DNA of 64,000 nucleotides from Bispira polyomma. Lineage: Eukaryota. This document shows positions 37,270 through 48,732 of the stretch, piece after piece (the first letter of the stretch is position 1; the number at the start of each line of letters is the position of its first letter). The notes beneath the pieces are model-generated. The model did not search any database, was not told the origin of the DNA, and saw only the letters and a list, made by a program, of their open reading frames with translations. Location of the stretch: positions 16,492,001 through 16,556,000 of the forward strand of contig OZ287758.1 in assembly GCA_965649765.1 (NCBI GenBank). Reading direction: 5' to 3'. The position numbers were made by a program, and so were the translations under genes.

Positions 37270-37887
37270 AGACTAAATGTTAGAATCTACTATGTACATG
37301 GTGACTTAAGGTCACCTCAAATAAAGTTCAAACAAGATACTTAGGATGACTTAAGGTCACCTAAAGTAAAAAAAATTTCATTTAGGAATAATAAATAAAT
37401 TTAGCTAAAGGTCACCTTAAATTAATTTAAGTTCGTAATTCCCGAACCAGAAAGATTTCGGAGATAAGGTGACCTTAAATCCAATGGAAAAAATTTTGAA
37501 TAGAAATTAATTTTTAATGTAGCTACTGTACTGTAGCAATACTTGGCGTACCCAAGTGTTTAAGTTGAAACTACAAAAGTATTTAATGTTACCTTAAGTA
37601 TGTAGCTACTGTACTGTAGCTAAATAATGGGATCATAGCCATTTACAGTATAATAATTTAGACTTCACATAGACATACTTAATAGAAGAGCAGACCGAAG
37701 TCAGTTTAACAAGGTGTAATTACACAATACTGTTAAGCTTAAGCAATAACTTAAGTTTTTACGACAAAGGTAATATGTGAAATGAATGATAACTAAAATT
37801 ACGTAATTGTTTTACATAACCATTAATTATTACATAAGAGAGGAGTAGATTTAAAGTACAACCAGCCAAACCCCAATGAAGTAGGAG

Positions 37888-38904
37888 CTAGGAGGTGGAA
37901 GGCAATAAGTGATGTCTAAAGGAATCAGCTACCTGATTACCAGCATCCACCGTATCAGTAACATATCTCCAAATGCAGTCCGACGTCCAGGTGCCATGTT
38001 TTTGAATGTTTTGAATGCTTACATTATGGTTGAAAGCAAAGGTGGCACCTGAACGACGGAACGCGTGGAAGGTGAGGCCAGAATCTTGCAGTTTGAGTTT
38101 GAGCAATATGTCTTTAAAATGGCGACTCACTCTGGTGTCTGTGAGCAGAATCCAAACATTGTTAACCTTAATTTGGAACAATGGAGAGTTAGGTCCCGAA
38201 GAAGTGAGCCTCATTAAAGCCTTCAGTGAATCCACAGGGCACAACAGTGAGCCGGGTAACCGGGCAACAGTGAGTAATTTAATTTGGTTATTACTTTGCA
38301 TGGTTTTTGACCACTTGATAAGGATAACAGCCTTATCAGCTCTGGCTAGATGCCTAAGAGGAGAAAATTGTGAGACAGAGTGAGGAACCAGGTTTGAGAG
38401 TCTAAGAAAAGAGAAAAAGCTAAGCAAGTATAAAGCTTTAAATACTAAACCCATGTAGGTTGAGTGTGACAAAGAGACAATATTTTGCAAAGTTGGAATA
38501 TCTATAATTCTCTTGAGTTTGACTTGAAGGGGGGTGGTAAGTTATACAGTCTTCTGGTAATAGACTATGCGCGGATCACTGAAGGCCTGAATGGGAACAT
38601 TATGTACTATTAATTCGGCCTTGATGGCAAACAGATAATTTGCCATATGAGCAGGTTTGACTACATTAAAGTGTAAAACTTCTAAAAAACATAATATATG
38701 AAACGCAGTCACCTGATGTATAGGCCAATCCATGAAGACCATAAAGGCCAAGTACACTCGAAACATGGCTCTGTAAGACCTGGCAGTGGACCTGCAGAAG
38801 GCCAGCTGGAGCTTTTTAGTAGCATTGTGATACAGTTGTTTTTGCGAAGGAGTCTTATCTGAAATACAGGTTGGTACAAGGAAGACAAACTTACAATTTG
38901 ACAT
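37888..38904 (-). pseudogene. Tyrosine recombinase split by a single in-frame TAA (38544-38542)
   Basis: Track ORFs 38542..38904 and 37888..38490 share one frame, joined by LTTPLQVKLKRIIDIPT; catalytic motifs FLRLSN (R), WSKT (K), LCPV, HAFRRSGA (HxxR), HGTW, WRY (Y). Confidence 0.93.
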
Positions 38905-39625
38905 TATATTGTGTTATCTAGTAGTAAATGTTGGTCAGTCACAGGGCACCACTGCACCGCACCTACAAGTGTATGTAATTTAGCATGGTTCTGTGTAGAA
39001 TTTTCCCATCTGGACAGCAAATCTGCAGTCGTGTTGTGGTCCCCTAATATGTGTATAACTTGTAAGTCAATGTCATGATGGCTAACCAGCATAAAGATGT
39101 TACATGAGTACAAAGCCAGGATACTATCTTTGTTACGACCATTGGTAAGTACACTAACCACAGCCTGGTTATCACATTTTATGAGCACTTTCTGGCCTTG
39201 CCAAAGGGGCCCCCACAGTTTTAAGGCGACAAATATGTTCAGCATCTCCAGGGAGGCAATATTAAGGTTCTGCAATTCATGGGGTACTGTCAAGGCGTAG
39301 ACTTTATTACCAAAAATCCCCCCCATGCCTGTAAGACAGGCATCCAATTTTACAGTGGCTGTAATGGGGTTATGGTGGAAAAAAGAAACACCATTGAATT
39401 TTTTCAGAAAGGTACAAAACCAATTTAAATCTTTCATGAATTCAGTAGAGACTTTGAAAGTTTTTGCCTTATAGTTACTCCTAAGGAGATGCAACATACG
39501 GTTCAAGAAAAATCTTGAATATTTAACACATTTTGACACGTAGAGAAGGGAACCCAATAAACATTGGAGTTCTCTTTTTGTACAATGTTTCTTTCCAGCC
39601 CACTTGTCACACAAGGCTTGGATAG
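38904..39625 (-). pseudogene. RT thumb/connection plus RNase H (frameshifted continuation of pol)
   Basis: LQCLLGSLLY..., RNase H acidic residues in DACLTGMGG, NIASLEMLN, CDNQAVV, NTTADLLSRW. Confidence 0.92.
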
Positions 39626-42339
39626 TATTTTTTCTCAGGAATAGAAGTAGTGAACTCGACCGTATCTATGACTATACCAAGACAAGTGACACGCGTGGCA
39701 GGAGGGACTAACTTCTTGTCACTCAACGTGAGACCCAATTCTGCCAGAAAGCTTTGCAATCGATGGTATGTGGTAAAAATCTTAGACGGAACCAAGCAAC
39801 AAAGGAGATCGTCGATATAGTTGAGGATATGATGACCTTCACCCTTCATGATATATCTGATCCCATCTGAAATTCTCTGGAATATGGCCGAGCAGTGCTT
39901 GTAGCCAAAAGGGAGGGACCCGTCTACGTAGTACCCATCCCAATATAGCCCCAATAAATTTAGCTCCTTTGGGTCCATAGGCACGTGTCTGAACGCACGA
40001 CTAATGTCTGCTTTAAATATGAGAGAACTTCTACCCATAGCAAGTACCTGAGCTGTTATAGTGTCTATAGATGGGTAAGTGAATAAGAATTGTCTATCCA
40101 GGTAGGAATTTGGACACACGGCAGAATTCACGGAATAGCCTTCAGGCCAGCTTAAGTCAATTATGACACGACGGTTGGAAGAGCTAGACTTGTCGCGAGT
40201 CATAAAAGGGGAAGTATGTAAATTTAAAATTGGTGGCACATCAAAGGGACCATACATGGCCCCTAATTTACACTCTTCATTCAGGTAATGCGTGACATGG
40301 TCGGGGTACTGGTTAGCAGAGGAATGATTTTTAAGATCAGACTCAAAGTCGCCCCTGGCACTACAGTCGAGAGGAAAACCGAATTTAATAAGCAAGGGGA
40401 GCTCCCAATCCCAGTAGTCCCTCAAATAAGCAGCCCACACTGGAGCATTTAGTTGAAAAGCGACAGGGATCTGCAGCCCCCAGTAGTTAGGGCGGCCGTC
40501 CTCCTGCAAACACTTGTGAAGTGCAAAGACATTAGTATAACTTCTTTTCTGAGCATTATGTGAAAGTTTTTCACCCCAGGACGACAGGGGAATAAAACCA
40601 AATTTTCCACTGTTTTGCACGTCCCATATTTTAAAAGTATCACACTCTTTAGCATCATTAAGTCTTTTGCGCTTATCAAGTGAGCGACACATGTCCAGAA
40701 CATACTGATCGTCAGTTAAATCATTGTTTGTTTTCGTTGGGTTATTCTTGGGGGCTGACACCTTTGTATTTCTATTAATTGTTTTCTTTGTTGGCACCCC
40801 CAGTTCAAAAAAGGGGGCCTCTAGACAATCACCCAAATTAGTGTCACTTCCCCCCTCCCCACAAGGGGTGTCTAGCATTTCATACTGATTGGAAAGTGGT
40901 AATTGAAAACCTGTGTCAGCACTCGCAGGTTTATTACCTCCCTTTCTCAACAAAAGCCTGTTGGCATGTTTACACTTAGTCATTGGATTAAGAGGGCTGG
41001 ACACTTGAACTGAGTGATTTTTAACACCTCGTGTATACTTGTGTTGAATACCACTGTGGCACGTTTCGCGCTTAACGCGAGGGCGGGAACGATGCACAGA
41101 AGGTTTTGTGGCTTTAATTTTTCTTTGGTCGAATACAGAGCCCTTTTCAGTATTTAACTTGCTTCCGCCATGAATTAAAACATCAGCCAATTTACTCGCC
41201 CCAATTTCGCCCACGGCAGTAATTTCTTTTGGGGTCTTGCCAATCACTTCATTTTTCAACAGTGCATCTCTATATGATTTGTGCACAACCTGATTAAAAC
41301 AAGCATACTGCTTGGAACACACATTAGTTAACAGTTTAAAATCCTTAAATCCTGAATTATACACAACCTTACTGTAGACAGTCATACAACAGTGTTTGAA
41401 AAGCTGGCCAGAAGTTCGGTGAGTGGCATTAAACTTACAGGTACCCTCCTGAAAAAATCTACAGTTCACACCTTGTGTTTTAACCTGAGCTTTCTGCTTG
41501 TTACTAATACTAGACTTTGACCCAGCACCAGCACTACTCGAGATATGACGTTGGGCATGGGCCCGGCGAATGCGATCAACTTTATCTACATCCGTCCATT
41601 TAAGTCGGTCTAGTTCCATGTTTGTCAGCAATATAGCATGAGAGGCTTTGGCGGCTTCCCACGAAAAGTCGTGGGCGTCGTCCATTAGATTTGCTAAGTA
41701 CTCAAGCATAGCTTTCTTAATCTCAGGGGATTTTTGTTCCTGCACACATCTCACAAATCCAGAAATAAATTGAACCAATGTTAAATCGTCGTAAGTAGGT
41801 TGAACCTTCTTGGCTCCAGAAAGAACAAAATCTTGGGGCCAATCTACCGCCTTCTTTATGGGGGCATCAGAACCCCCTCGTTGGGATTTTAATTTACCTG
41901 CTCCCGTTAACTGATTAAGTTGTTGGAGCTGCAGTAACCGTTGATCCACTTGTGTTTGTAAATTTTCATTAGAACGCAAATAATCTAATGAAGGGGCTAC
42001 AGCCTCGGCTACTGGCTCTACCACGCTAGGAACGACTACACTAGGAACAACATTAACATTGTTTGTAGGTAAAGTACTACATGCCTGATGGGCGCTGGGT
42101 GGGCACAGCGCCGCCTCCGTGACCTTCACGCGTTGGTCCATGCTGTCCATTTTGCTATTCAATGAGTGAAGCTGTTGAAGAATTAAGTCAGAAACTGAAC
42201 CAGAAATCTCACCAGCCATGGAACCAACCGTGGGCACATCATCAGCGACGCTGGCATCCACAAACCGACACTTTTTACCAACAGGCCGTTCATGTTTTTT
42301 CATACACGTATTACACTGATATTCCCTTTTTGGAGGCAT
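39607..42339 (-). CDS. Gag-like protein running in frame into reverse transcriptase
   Basis: ATG 42339; N-terminal CNTCMKKHERPVGKKC Zn knuckle, coiled coil, CRFFQEGTCKFNATH..HCC finger; RT motifs RVIIDLSWP..SVN, KADISRAFRH, LPFG, YIDD, CLGIVIDT; frameshift at the A-run near 39630. Confidence 0.92.
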   Translation of the reverse strand: MPPKREYQCNTCMKKHERPVGKKCRFVDASVADDVPTVGSMAGEISGSVSDLILQQLHSLNSKMDSMDQRVKVTEAALCPPSAHQACSTLPTNNVNVVPSVVVPSVVEPVAEAVAPSLDYLRSNENLQTQVDQRLLQLQQLNQLTGAGKLKSQRGGSDAPIKKAVDWPQDFVLSGAKKVQPTYDDLTLVQFISGFVRCVQEQKSPEIKKAMLEYLANLMDDAHDFSWEAAKASHAILLTNMELDRLKWTDVDKVDRIRRAHAQRHISSSAGAGSKSSISNKQKAQVKTQGVNCRFFQEGTCKFNATHRTSGQLFKHCCMTVYSKVVYNSGFKDFKLLTNVCSKQYACFNQVVHKSYRDALLKNEVIGKTPKEITAVGEIGASKLADVLIHGGSKLNTEKGSVFDQRKIKATKPSVHRSRPRVKRETCHSGIQHKYTRGVKNHSVQVSSPLNPMTKCKHANRLLLRKGGNKPASADTGFQLPLSNQYEMLDTPCGEGGSDTNLGDCLEAPFFELGVPTKKTINRNTKVSAPKNNPTKTNNDLTDDQYVLDMCRSLDKRKRLNDAKECDTFKIWDVQNSGKFGFIPLSSWGEKLSHNAQKRSYTNVFALHKCLQEDGRPNYWGLQIPVAFQLNAPVWAAYLRDYWDWELPLLIKFGFPLDCSARGDFESDLKNHSSANQYPDHVTHYLNEECKLGAMYGPFDVPPILNLHTSPFMTRDKSSSSNRRVIIDLSWPEGYSVNSAVCPNSYLDRQFLFTYPSIDTITAQVLAMGRSSLIFKADISRAFRHVPMDPKELNLLGLYWDGYYVDGSLPFGYKHCSAIFQRISDGIRYIMKGEGHHILNYIDDLLCCLVPSKIFTTYHRLQSFLAELGLTLSDKKLVPPATRVTCLGIVIDTVEFTTSIPEKKYYPSLV

Positions 42340-42459
42340 GATCAATGACTAAAATAAAGCTTAAAACATTTAAATTGGGTATTAAACGCCCAGTTGTAAA
42401 AGCACTGTTATTGTGACAAGTTAAAGTTTTAATGATGGGGCTGGGTGGGCGCCAAACCC

Positions 42460-42466
42460 TTTTATA
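42460..42466 (-). promoter_or_regulatory. TATA box of the retroelement
   Basis: gggcacaTATAAAAggg on the minus strand, ~120 nt upstream of the gag ATG and inside the inferred 5' end. Confidence 0.6.
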
Positions 42467-44220
42467 TGTGCCCTCGTGACCTTAGGTGGCCTAATTGGCC
42501 CCCCAGTAGCCTGGTACCAGAACTGAGGGGGCTGACACCCTGGTGTCAGCCCACCAATCTGACTATACACTTAATACCATATACATTAACGTATCAGTAC
42601 CACAGTTATGTATAATATATCCTACCACTCCAGAATACACACAGTCAGAGAAAAAAATGAATAATAGGATGAAATCCTTATGCCACAGAAGTCATGTAGT
42701 TGTGCTCTATCTTGACATCTCCACACGAAGTTGATGCATTAAAGTCCATGAATTAAAGGACAAGCTAAATGAAACAGTTTGTTATGTTCAATAACTTCTA
42801 TCCAAGCTGCCTTTCAAATGTGTGTATACCAAATCACGCCACATCAGATATAAAAATAAAATCCGCAATGAGTCAGTAATTACCTTTATTGCACTTACAT
42901 TAGGGTTTCCTATAATAGTAACATTTTCCAGTAGGATTCTGTTTGCTTTGTTGTACCATATAAATACATGTATGTCCATTAATGGGGCAAAAACAATACA
43001 CCCTGACCTTAGTCCCGAATAGACAGGTTAGGACCTTAGAGATACAGTTCTCCTAACTTTAATATTAATTCAAATTGCACATATCTGGTCAAAAGAATAT
43101 ATTGTAAGTAATCAAAACTTTTGTAGATTATTTTTGTTTAATGTATATTTACATTTATTTTGATATTGCAATGTCATCTAGAGTTAAAACAAAAACTTTC
43201 TCACTAAACTTGACATCATTGCACCAGAACAATATAAAGTAAACTCTGGTATTCTGTGGAATCATTTTTGGCTTTCTACAGTTTTTAAACAAATCCTACA
43301 TTTATCAAGCTCAACTAAGACGCCGCATCTTTCCTAGCACTGCAGTCCTGATCAAGCATTACATATCATCTTCATGGTCCTTCTTGAATATTTAGTCCAA
43401 TAAACAGATTGCCAATAGTTTTAGTGTATCATTTAACAGGATTCTTACTGACAATTCTCAATGTCATTTATTGTTTCAAGTTTAATATTGCATTTTTTTG
43501 CTCCTTAGTAGCCATTATTTTAGCATATTCCAAACTAACATTGCTACATTTATTTTAAGCAATATTTGAATGATCAAATGAAATAAATGAAGGATCTTTC
43601 TACAATAGATTAGTCAGTGTCCCTTATTTGGAATATATATAACAAAAAATTCAGACCACATACCTACCCAGACCGGAATGATGTATTGTGCTTTCACTAC
43701 TAATTAACGTTTACCATAGGCAGTCCCATGTGAGTCGAGGGTCCCTTTAATCTAATATGTGTAGTCATGACAAAATCCAGATGATATATTAGGCAGACAA
43801 AGGAAAAGTTACTATTTACCCCCTTGTGGATACAAATACACGATAGAGTGTAACATAAGCTGAGTGTTTGTTATTTTTAACATCAGAAGATGGATGGTGA
43901 GTATATAAATGCAGAAAAGGAATACACATTCTTATATTGCACTTCTTTAAAGGTGACCAACTATCTAGTTTACTGACCAGCTAATTGGTTCCACAAGGTA
44001 TTTTCAGAAGTGATGAATGTATGAAGTAATATATGGGTAAAACCTGTGAAGAGCAGAAGTTCAAATAACCCACCTATTTACATTACAACATTATAAAGTA
44101 CTAATCATAGTACAAACGTATGAAATGGTTAAGTGTGTGATATATATTTCTTAGCTTATCATCAAATATGTTTATGTAATTTTATTAGATATGTTTTTGA
44201 AGCATTGAATACTTCCAGAG

Positions 44221-44476
44221 TTGAATTTGATATTGAATATTTAACGTCTACTCTAGTACCCTTTAGTAGGTTATATTGGGACGGGTAGTTGGAAATGCTG
44301 GAGGAAACACTGCATTCTGTCGGTCAAGGTTCTGCACTGAAACCAGCGGCCCACAGTTAGGAACTACCACCTTTCCCACATAGGCATCGACGGGATTCGA
44401 ACTCACACCGCCCAGAGGTGAGAGACCAGTGATTATGAAGCGCAATGCTTGCTAACCACCAGGCCACCGTGGCCCC
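44221..44476 (-). mobile_element. RUDI/V-SINE-like SINE, full length with 15-bp TSD
   Basis: Same family as 19630; TSD TGAATACTTCCAGAG at 44206-44220 and 44477-44491. Confidence 0.93.
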
Positions 44477-45280
44477 TGAATACTTCCAGAGACCTGAACT
44501 TAAAAACATAGTCATGTGCATGACCCATACACTTTGTCTAATACAACTAAAACAATACAAATTGAAACAAATTCATTTAATTAAATATTATATATGTAAT
44601 GGCAATAAAGTAATTAATATGATTTATAATAGATATACTAAGACAAACCTAAAGCATATTTTTCGCAGTGTGAAACAAAGAATATTCTTTTCCTCCATGG
44701 TATATAATGATAATGGCACAGACTGCCTTGTTAATAAACTATTTTTAATGTAATTGGGTGTTATTTATTTTGAATAAAACACCAGGAACATATTTCTGTG
44801 AATGGTGCCTTGGTGGATATTGTCTAGCTTGACCCACTTATCCACCAAAATAAGTGTAATCACATGTACCTAATAATGGATTTTTTTGCCTCCTTATCCA
44901 AGTATAAGAAGGTGTGATCTCATGGTAAAATCTAACATAAAACCAGATTATAACTGCAACCTATGGGGCTACCATATAATGCCCACCATGGATTTTCTGA
45001 CCTGGCCACCACCCCCTGTCACGTGCACCCACATAGCTTTACCCACTAGATAGAGTATGGTATTATATCTAACTTAATTGATTTACCTGGACTGTGCTCA
45101 CCAGCATCTGTTTACCATTTCAACACACCCAACCCACAAAAGTCATTGTGAGGGCTATAGGTTTGAATGCAATATGAGTGTTGCCATGGAAACAGACCTA
45201 TTTTGTACATAACCATTAATCATCATGACACTCAAAAGGTCAACCCTTAAACGGAAAAATAAGTTTTTTCTAGTTTTTTT

Positions 45281-45393
45281 CCCAATTAAATAAACCCTGC
45301 ACCGCCTGGCACCTACCGCACCGCCTAGCACCTTCTGCAACTCTGCACCTATATGGGCGGCGCCCAACGGTGCAGGTTTTTGTACCTAATGGG
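45281..45393. mobile_element. Small GC-rich MITE-like insert
   Basis: Imperfect terminal inverted repeats cccaattaaataaaccctgcaccg / cggtgcaggtttttgtacctaatggg with internal gcacc repeats. Confidence 0.55.
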
Positions 45394-46519
45394 CAAAAAT
45401 CCTAAATATCACATCAGTCTCTGAAGAGACCTTTGACCAATACCTCAGGTCGAAATATATACAACATAAGAGATATATATCAGGCAATTTGACTATTAAC
45501 AAATTTCTCTCACACCAAGTATTAACTCGGATATTGTCAGATCCTATATTTCCAAGTTCTTTCACCAAGTATCTATTCTGACTGGTAACTGCTTTATGTG
45601 TTACAGTAACACTCTTTCTGCATCAATAATAGTTTCATTTACCTACCTGAGGACCTAGTTGTCTGCAACTGTATACCTGAATAGCCTCCATGATATATAA
45701 TTATAATTTCACAGACTGCCTTGTTGTTGAACTATTTTTTTTTGTAATGGGGTGTTATTTATTTTAAATGAAACACAGTATCTATGAAGAAATACTCAGA
45801 TAGGAATAAGGGGGGGGGGACTTTTAATTTTTTGTATCAACTACAACTTCAAATATAAGAAGGTGTAAATCTTATGATACATGAACCTTTTAGTAATAAT
45901 GAGGCTTAGAAGATTACACATGAACATATTTTAAGTGATAAAACAACCTCAACATTTTGCAACAAAAAGTAATAATACCAATATTTAAGAACCTCTATAA
46001 GCTAACCAGCCTAATGTCTGTGGTGTACTCAGTAACTTCAATACAATGAAGACTCTTATAGCCCTCTATACCTGTGTCAAAGTCATCTGTAACACTGCTC
46101 TATGTAGGGCTGTAAATATCAGCCTCTTTGTGTTTTTTTGTATAACTAACAATGTGTAAATTATCCAGAGAAAAGAAAAAATTATAATTTTTATCCATAG
46201 AGTGTATGTGTTTTTAGAAAATGATGTTTGTATCATGCTATTACTGCTATTTATATGATACTGCTACTGCTAAAATGATGTTTGTATCATGCTATTACTG
46301 CCAGGAAGTCTACATGTAGCGTTCATGATATTTTGGGTTGTTGACGTTAAGGCAATAAAAAAGTGCATGAAATGACTACATTTGTATTTTTCAAGCTGTT
46401 CAGCGATGAATTGGGTGACAATTCACACAAAATAAAAAAATTTGGTCTGAATATTGATATAAACCTCCAGAAATTGGTCTTTCTCTTAGCAAAAGGAAGG
46501 GAAATAGAAGACACATATT

Positions 46520-47239
46520 GACATTATTATGGTAGGAATCCTAATGTATTCTCCAATGCATCAGATTTTCAAACTCCACTGATGTTATTTCAGAAGCAAA
46601 AAGGCCTACTTTGGCCAAGTGGGTAAGGCACCAATGCAAAAGGAATGGCTATTAATGTTTGATGGGCATTGGATGTAAATGTACAATCTATAAATGTTTC
46701 CTTTAAAAAAAAAGAGCTAAAATAATTGAATTATCTTAAATTCCAAAGAATGGGCCAGGAGAGTCTTGCCTGAGATGGATATAGTGTTTCACAGCTGTGT
46801 GTGGAATGCTATGTCTATAAATTCATCAGACAGAAAACTCTGGGAGGACTGAAATTTATCATGACAGTGATAGATGTAACCCAAGACACTAAATGTACAC
46901 ATATTAACTGGTACATGAACACGTAAAAGAAACATAGGCTTCATCAAAAGGTGCATGTGCAGTATTGAAGAAACCAGTTGGTGGAAAAGATTTCCTTGTG
47001 AGTGTGAGCTATAATAAACAATATCCAATTTGGGAGAAGTACACTGATCTGAATCCCGATCTGGATCAATTACAGTGTAAATCCACCTTAAGCTGGAAAA
47101 TGTGCAATTGTTATGTTATCTGAGATGGGGACATCTGTAATAGATTCAATGCAGTGGAGCTGCTTCCCAGAGAAGGATGGAGGGGCAAGTACAGCACTCT
47201 CTCGAGGCTAGCCAGGGAACAAGGGGTCAAGCTGGGAAA
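46520..47239 (-). pseudogene. Highly degenerate tyrosine recombinase relic (second, older Ngaro/DIRS-like element)
   Basis: Minus-strand fragments across frameshifts: AVKHYIHLRQDSPGPFF, NINSHSFCIGA (46650-46627; cf. HSFRIGA), THLAKVGLFASEI, G.*KSDAL, YIRIP; not captured by the ORF track. Confidence 0.75.
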
Positions 47240-48732
47240 CTGTAATAAAAATCAAACCGATTAAATTTGGCAAGAGGCATATATAATATTATTATCCACC
47301 AGTATTACGTGCCCACCAATAATAAATGAAAACCTCTCATTATTGACAAGTCTTTGCTAGAACTTGCTTTGCTAATACAAATGTTGTGGATCTAAGACTA
47401 ATGTAAGCCTAACAATAACAAGATTTGTGAATTATCATTTTCCTAATTGGTGAGTCTGATTTATTGTACAATTTGAAATTGTTTACTTAAATAATAATTT
47501 ATATCAAACTCTACTAGTAATTGAATAAAATATAAAAAACAAATTCCTTTTCAATATAACAGATGAAGGTGACATTTCAGCATGTTGTTTACAAAATATC
47601 ATTATAATAGGACAAAATATTTTTCATTTAAAATATTTGACTCAATAACATGAGCTGTAGCTTTGATATACACATATAAACTGCTAGTTCTAAACTAAAA
47701 TATTCTTTTTGTGAAAAGTTTACTAGAAATCTCTTTTAGAAATATAATACCAATAACTACAAAAGATAAAATAAAGTAGACCAGGTGATTAACATGGTAA
47801 TATTGCATCGTCCTAATGGTGTTAGTCATATTTTGAACACAACACATTTCTGAGAACGACTAAACAAAAGGATACCTTTGAAATTAGAATTTGAGGAGCC
47901 TTTCTGTATACTGCACTTATTAGGATGTGCTGCATATTAGCATAAAGGAAAACATTGTCTAAAATCCCGCATTGGCGCTGTATGTCACACATTTGCTCAA
48001 CTGTTGCAATCTGTCATCTGTTTGTATACTATGAATTAACAATTTGGTAATATGTTTATATAATAATCACTACATGCAAATGACATGATGTACTTAATGA
48101 TTAATCTACAATCACATTAATATATTAATCTACAGTCACATTGTTATAAAAGTGCCACAGCTATATTAATGTATATTATATCCTAATATTGATTAGTGAA
48201 AGTCAACAAAATGTATCAAGTTCAGAATCTTTTTCAGTTGAAATATACATTTCAGTAACACATGATGGTCCCAAATTGTGGAATAATTTATCTCAGGAGA
48301 TAGTTTCTACACCACCCTATGTTGTTATTTAGAGCTTCATGTGGTTTGTTTGTATTATACTAAAACAGGGCTTGCTGAGCTTTTATTCATACCATATTGT
48401 AAAGATGGTTTTAAATGTCATTAAATGTAACCTAATAAATCTAATCATGACTAGAAAGGACAAAAAAGATAGTAACCCTCTGTAAAGGCTTTGTAATTAT
48501 ATTTTGTTTATCAACTAATAACTAAAACGCAGTATATCAAACACTTACTCACTACTTGTACCATCTCTCCAAGCTATTCTATAAAGTTTCTGTATGCACA
48601 CTGCATCATTAAACATCAGGTATAAAATATAAAACTCTCTACAATGAGCTAATGGGCCATCAATAACCTTTATTGCATTTACGTTAGGGTTTAGTAACCT
48701 TTTCTAACATTATTCTGCTTGCTTTGTTGTAC

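Larger units (their letters stand above)
37192..42552 (-). mobile_element. Ngaro-type (DIRS order) tyrosine-recombinase retrotransposon, near full length, decayed
   Basis: gag-RT/RNase H-YR order, no methyltransferase or integrase domain; boundaries inferred by comparison with paralogous empty sites at ~50231-50270 and ~58975-59015. Confidence 0.93.

Noticed and set aside
37888-38904. Prophage integrase or bacterial contamination
   Set aside because: YR follows gag and RT/RNase H in the DIRS/Ngaro order and sits in eukaryotic paralogous flanks
38015-39300. Plus-strand ORFs within the retroelement
   Set aside because: Antisense shadows of YR and RNase H
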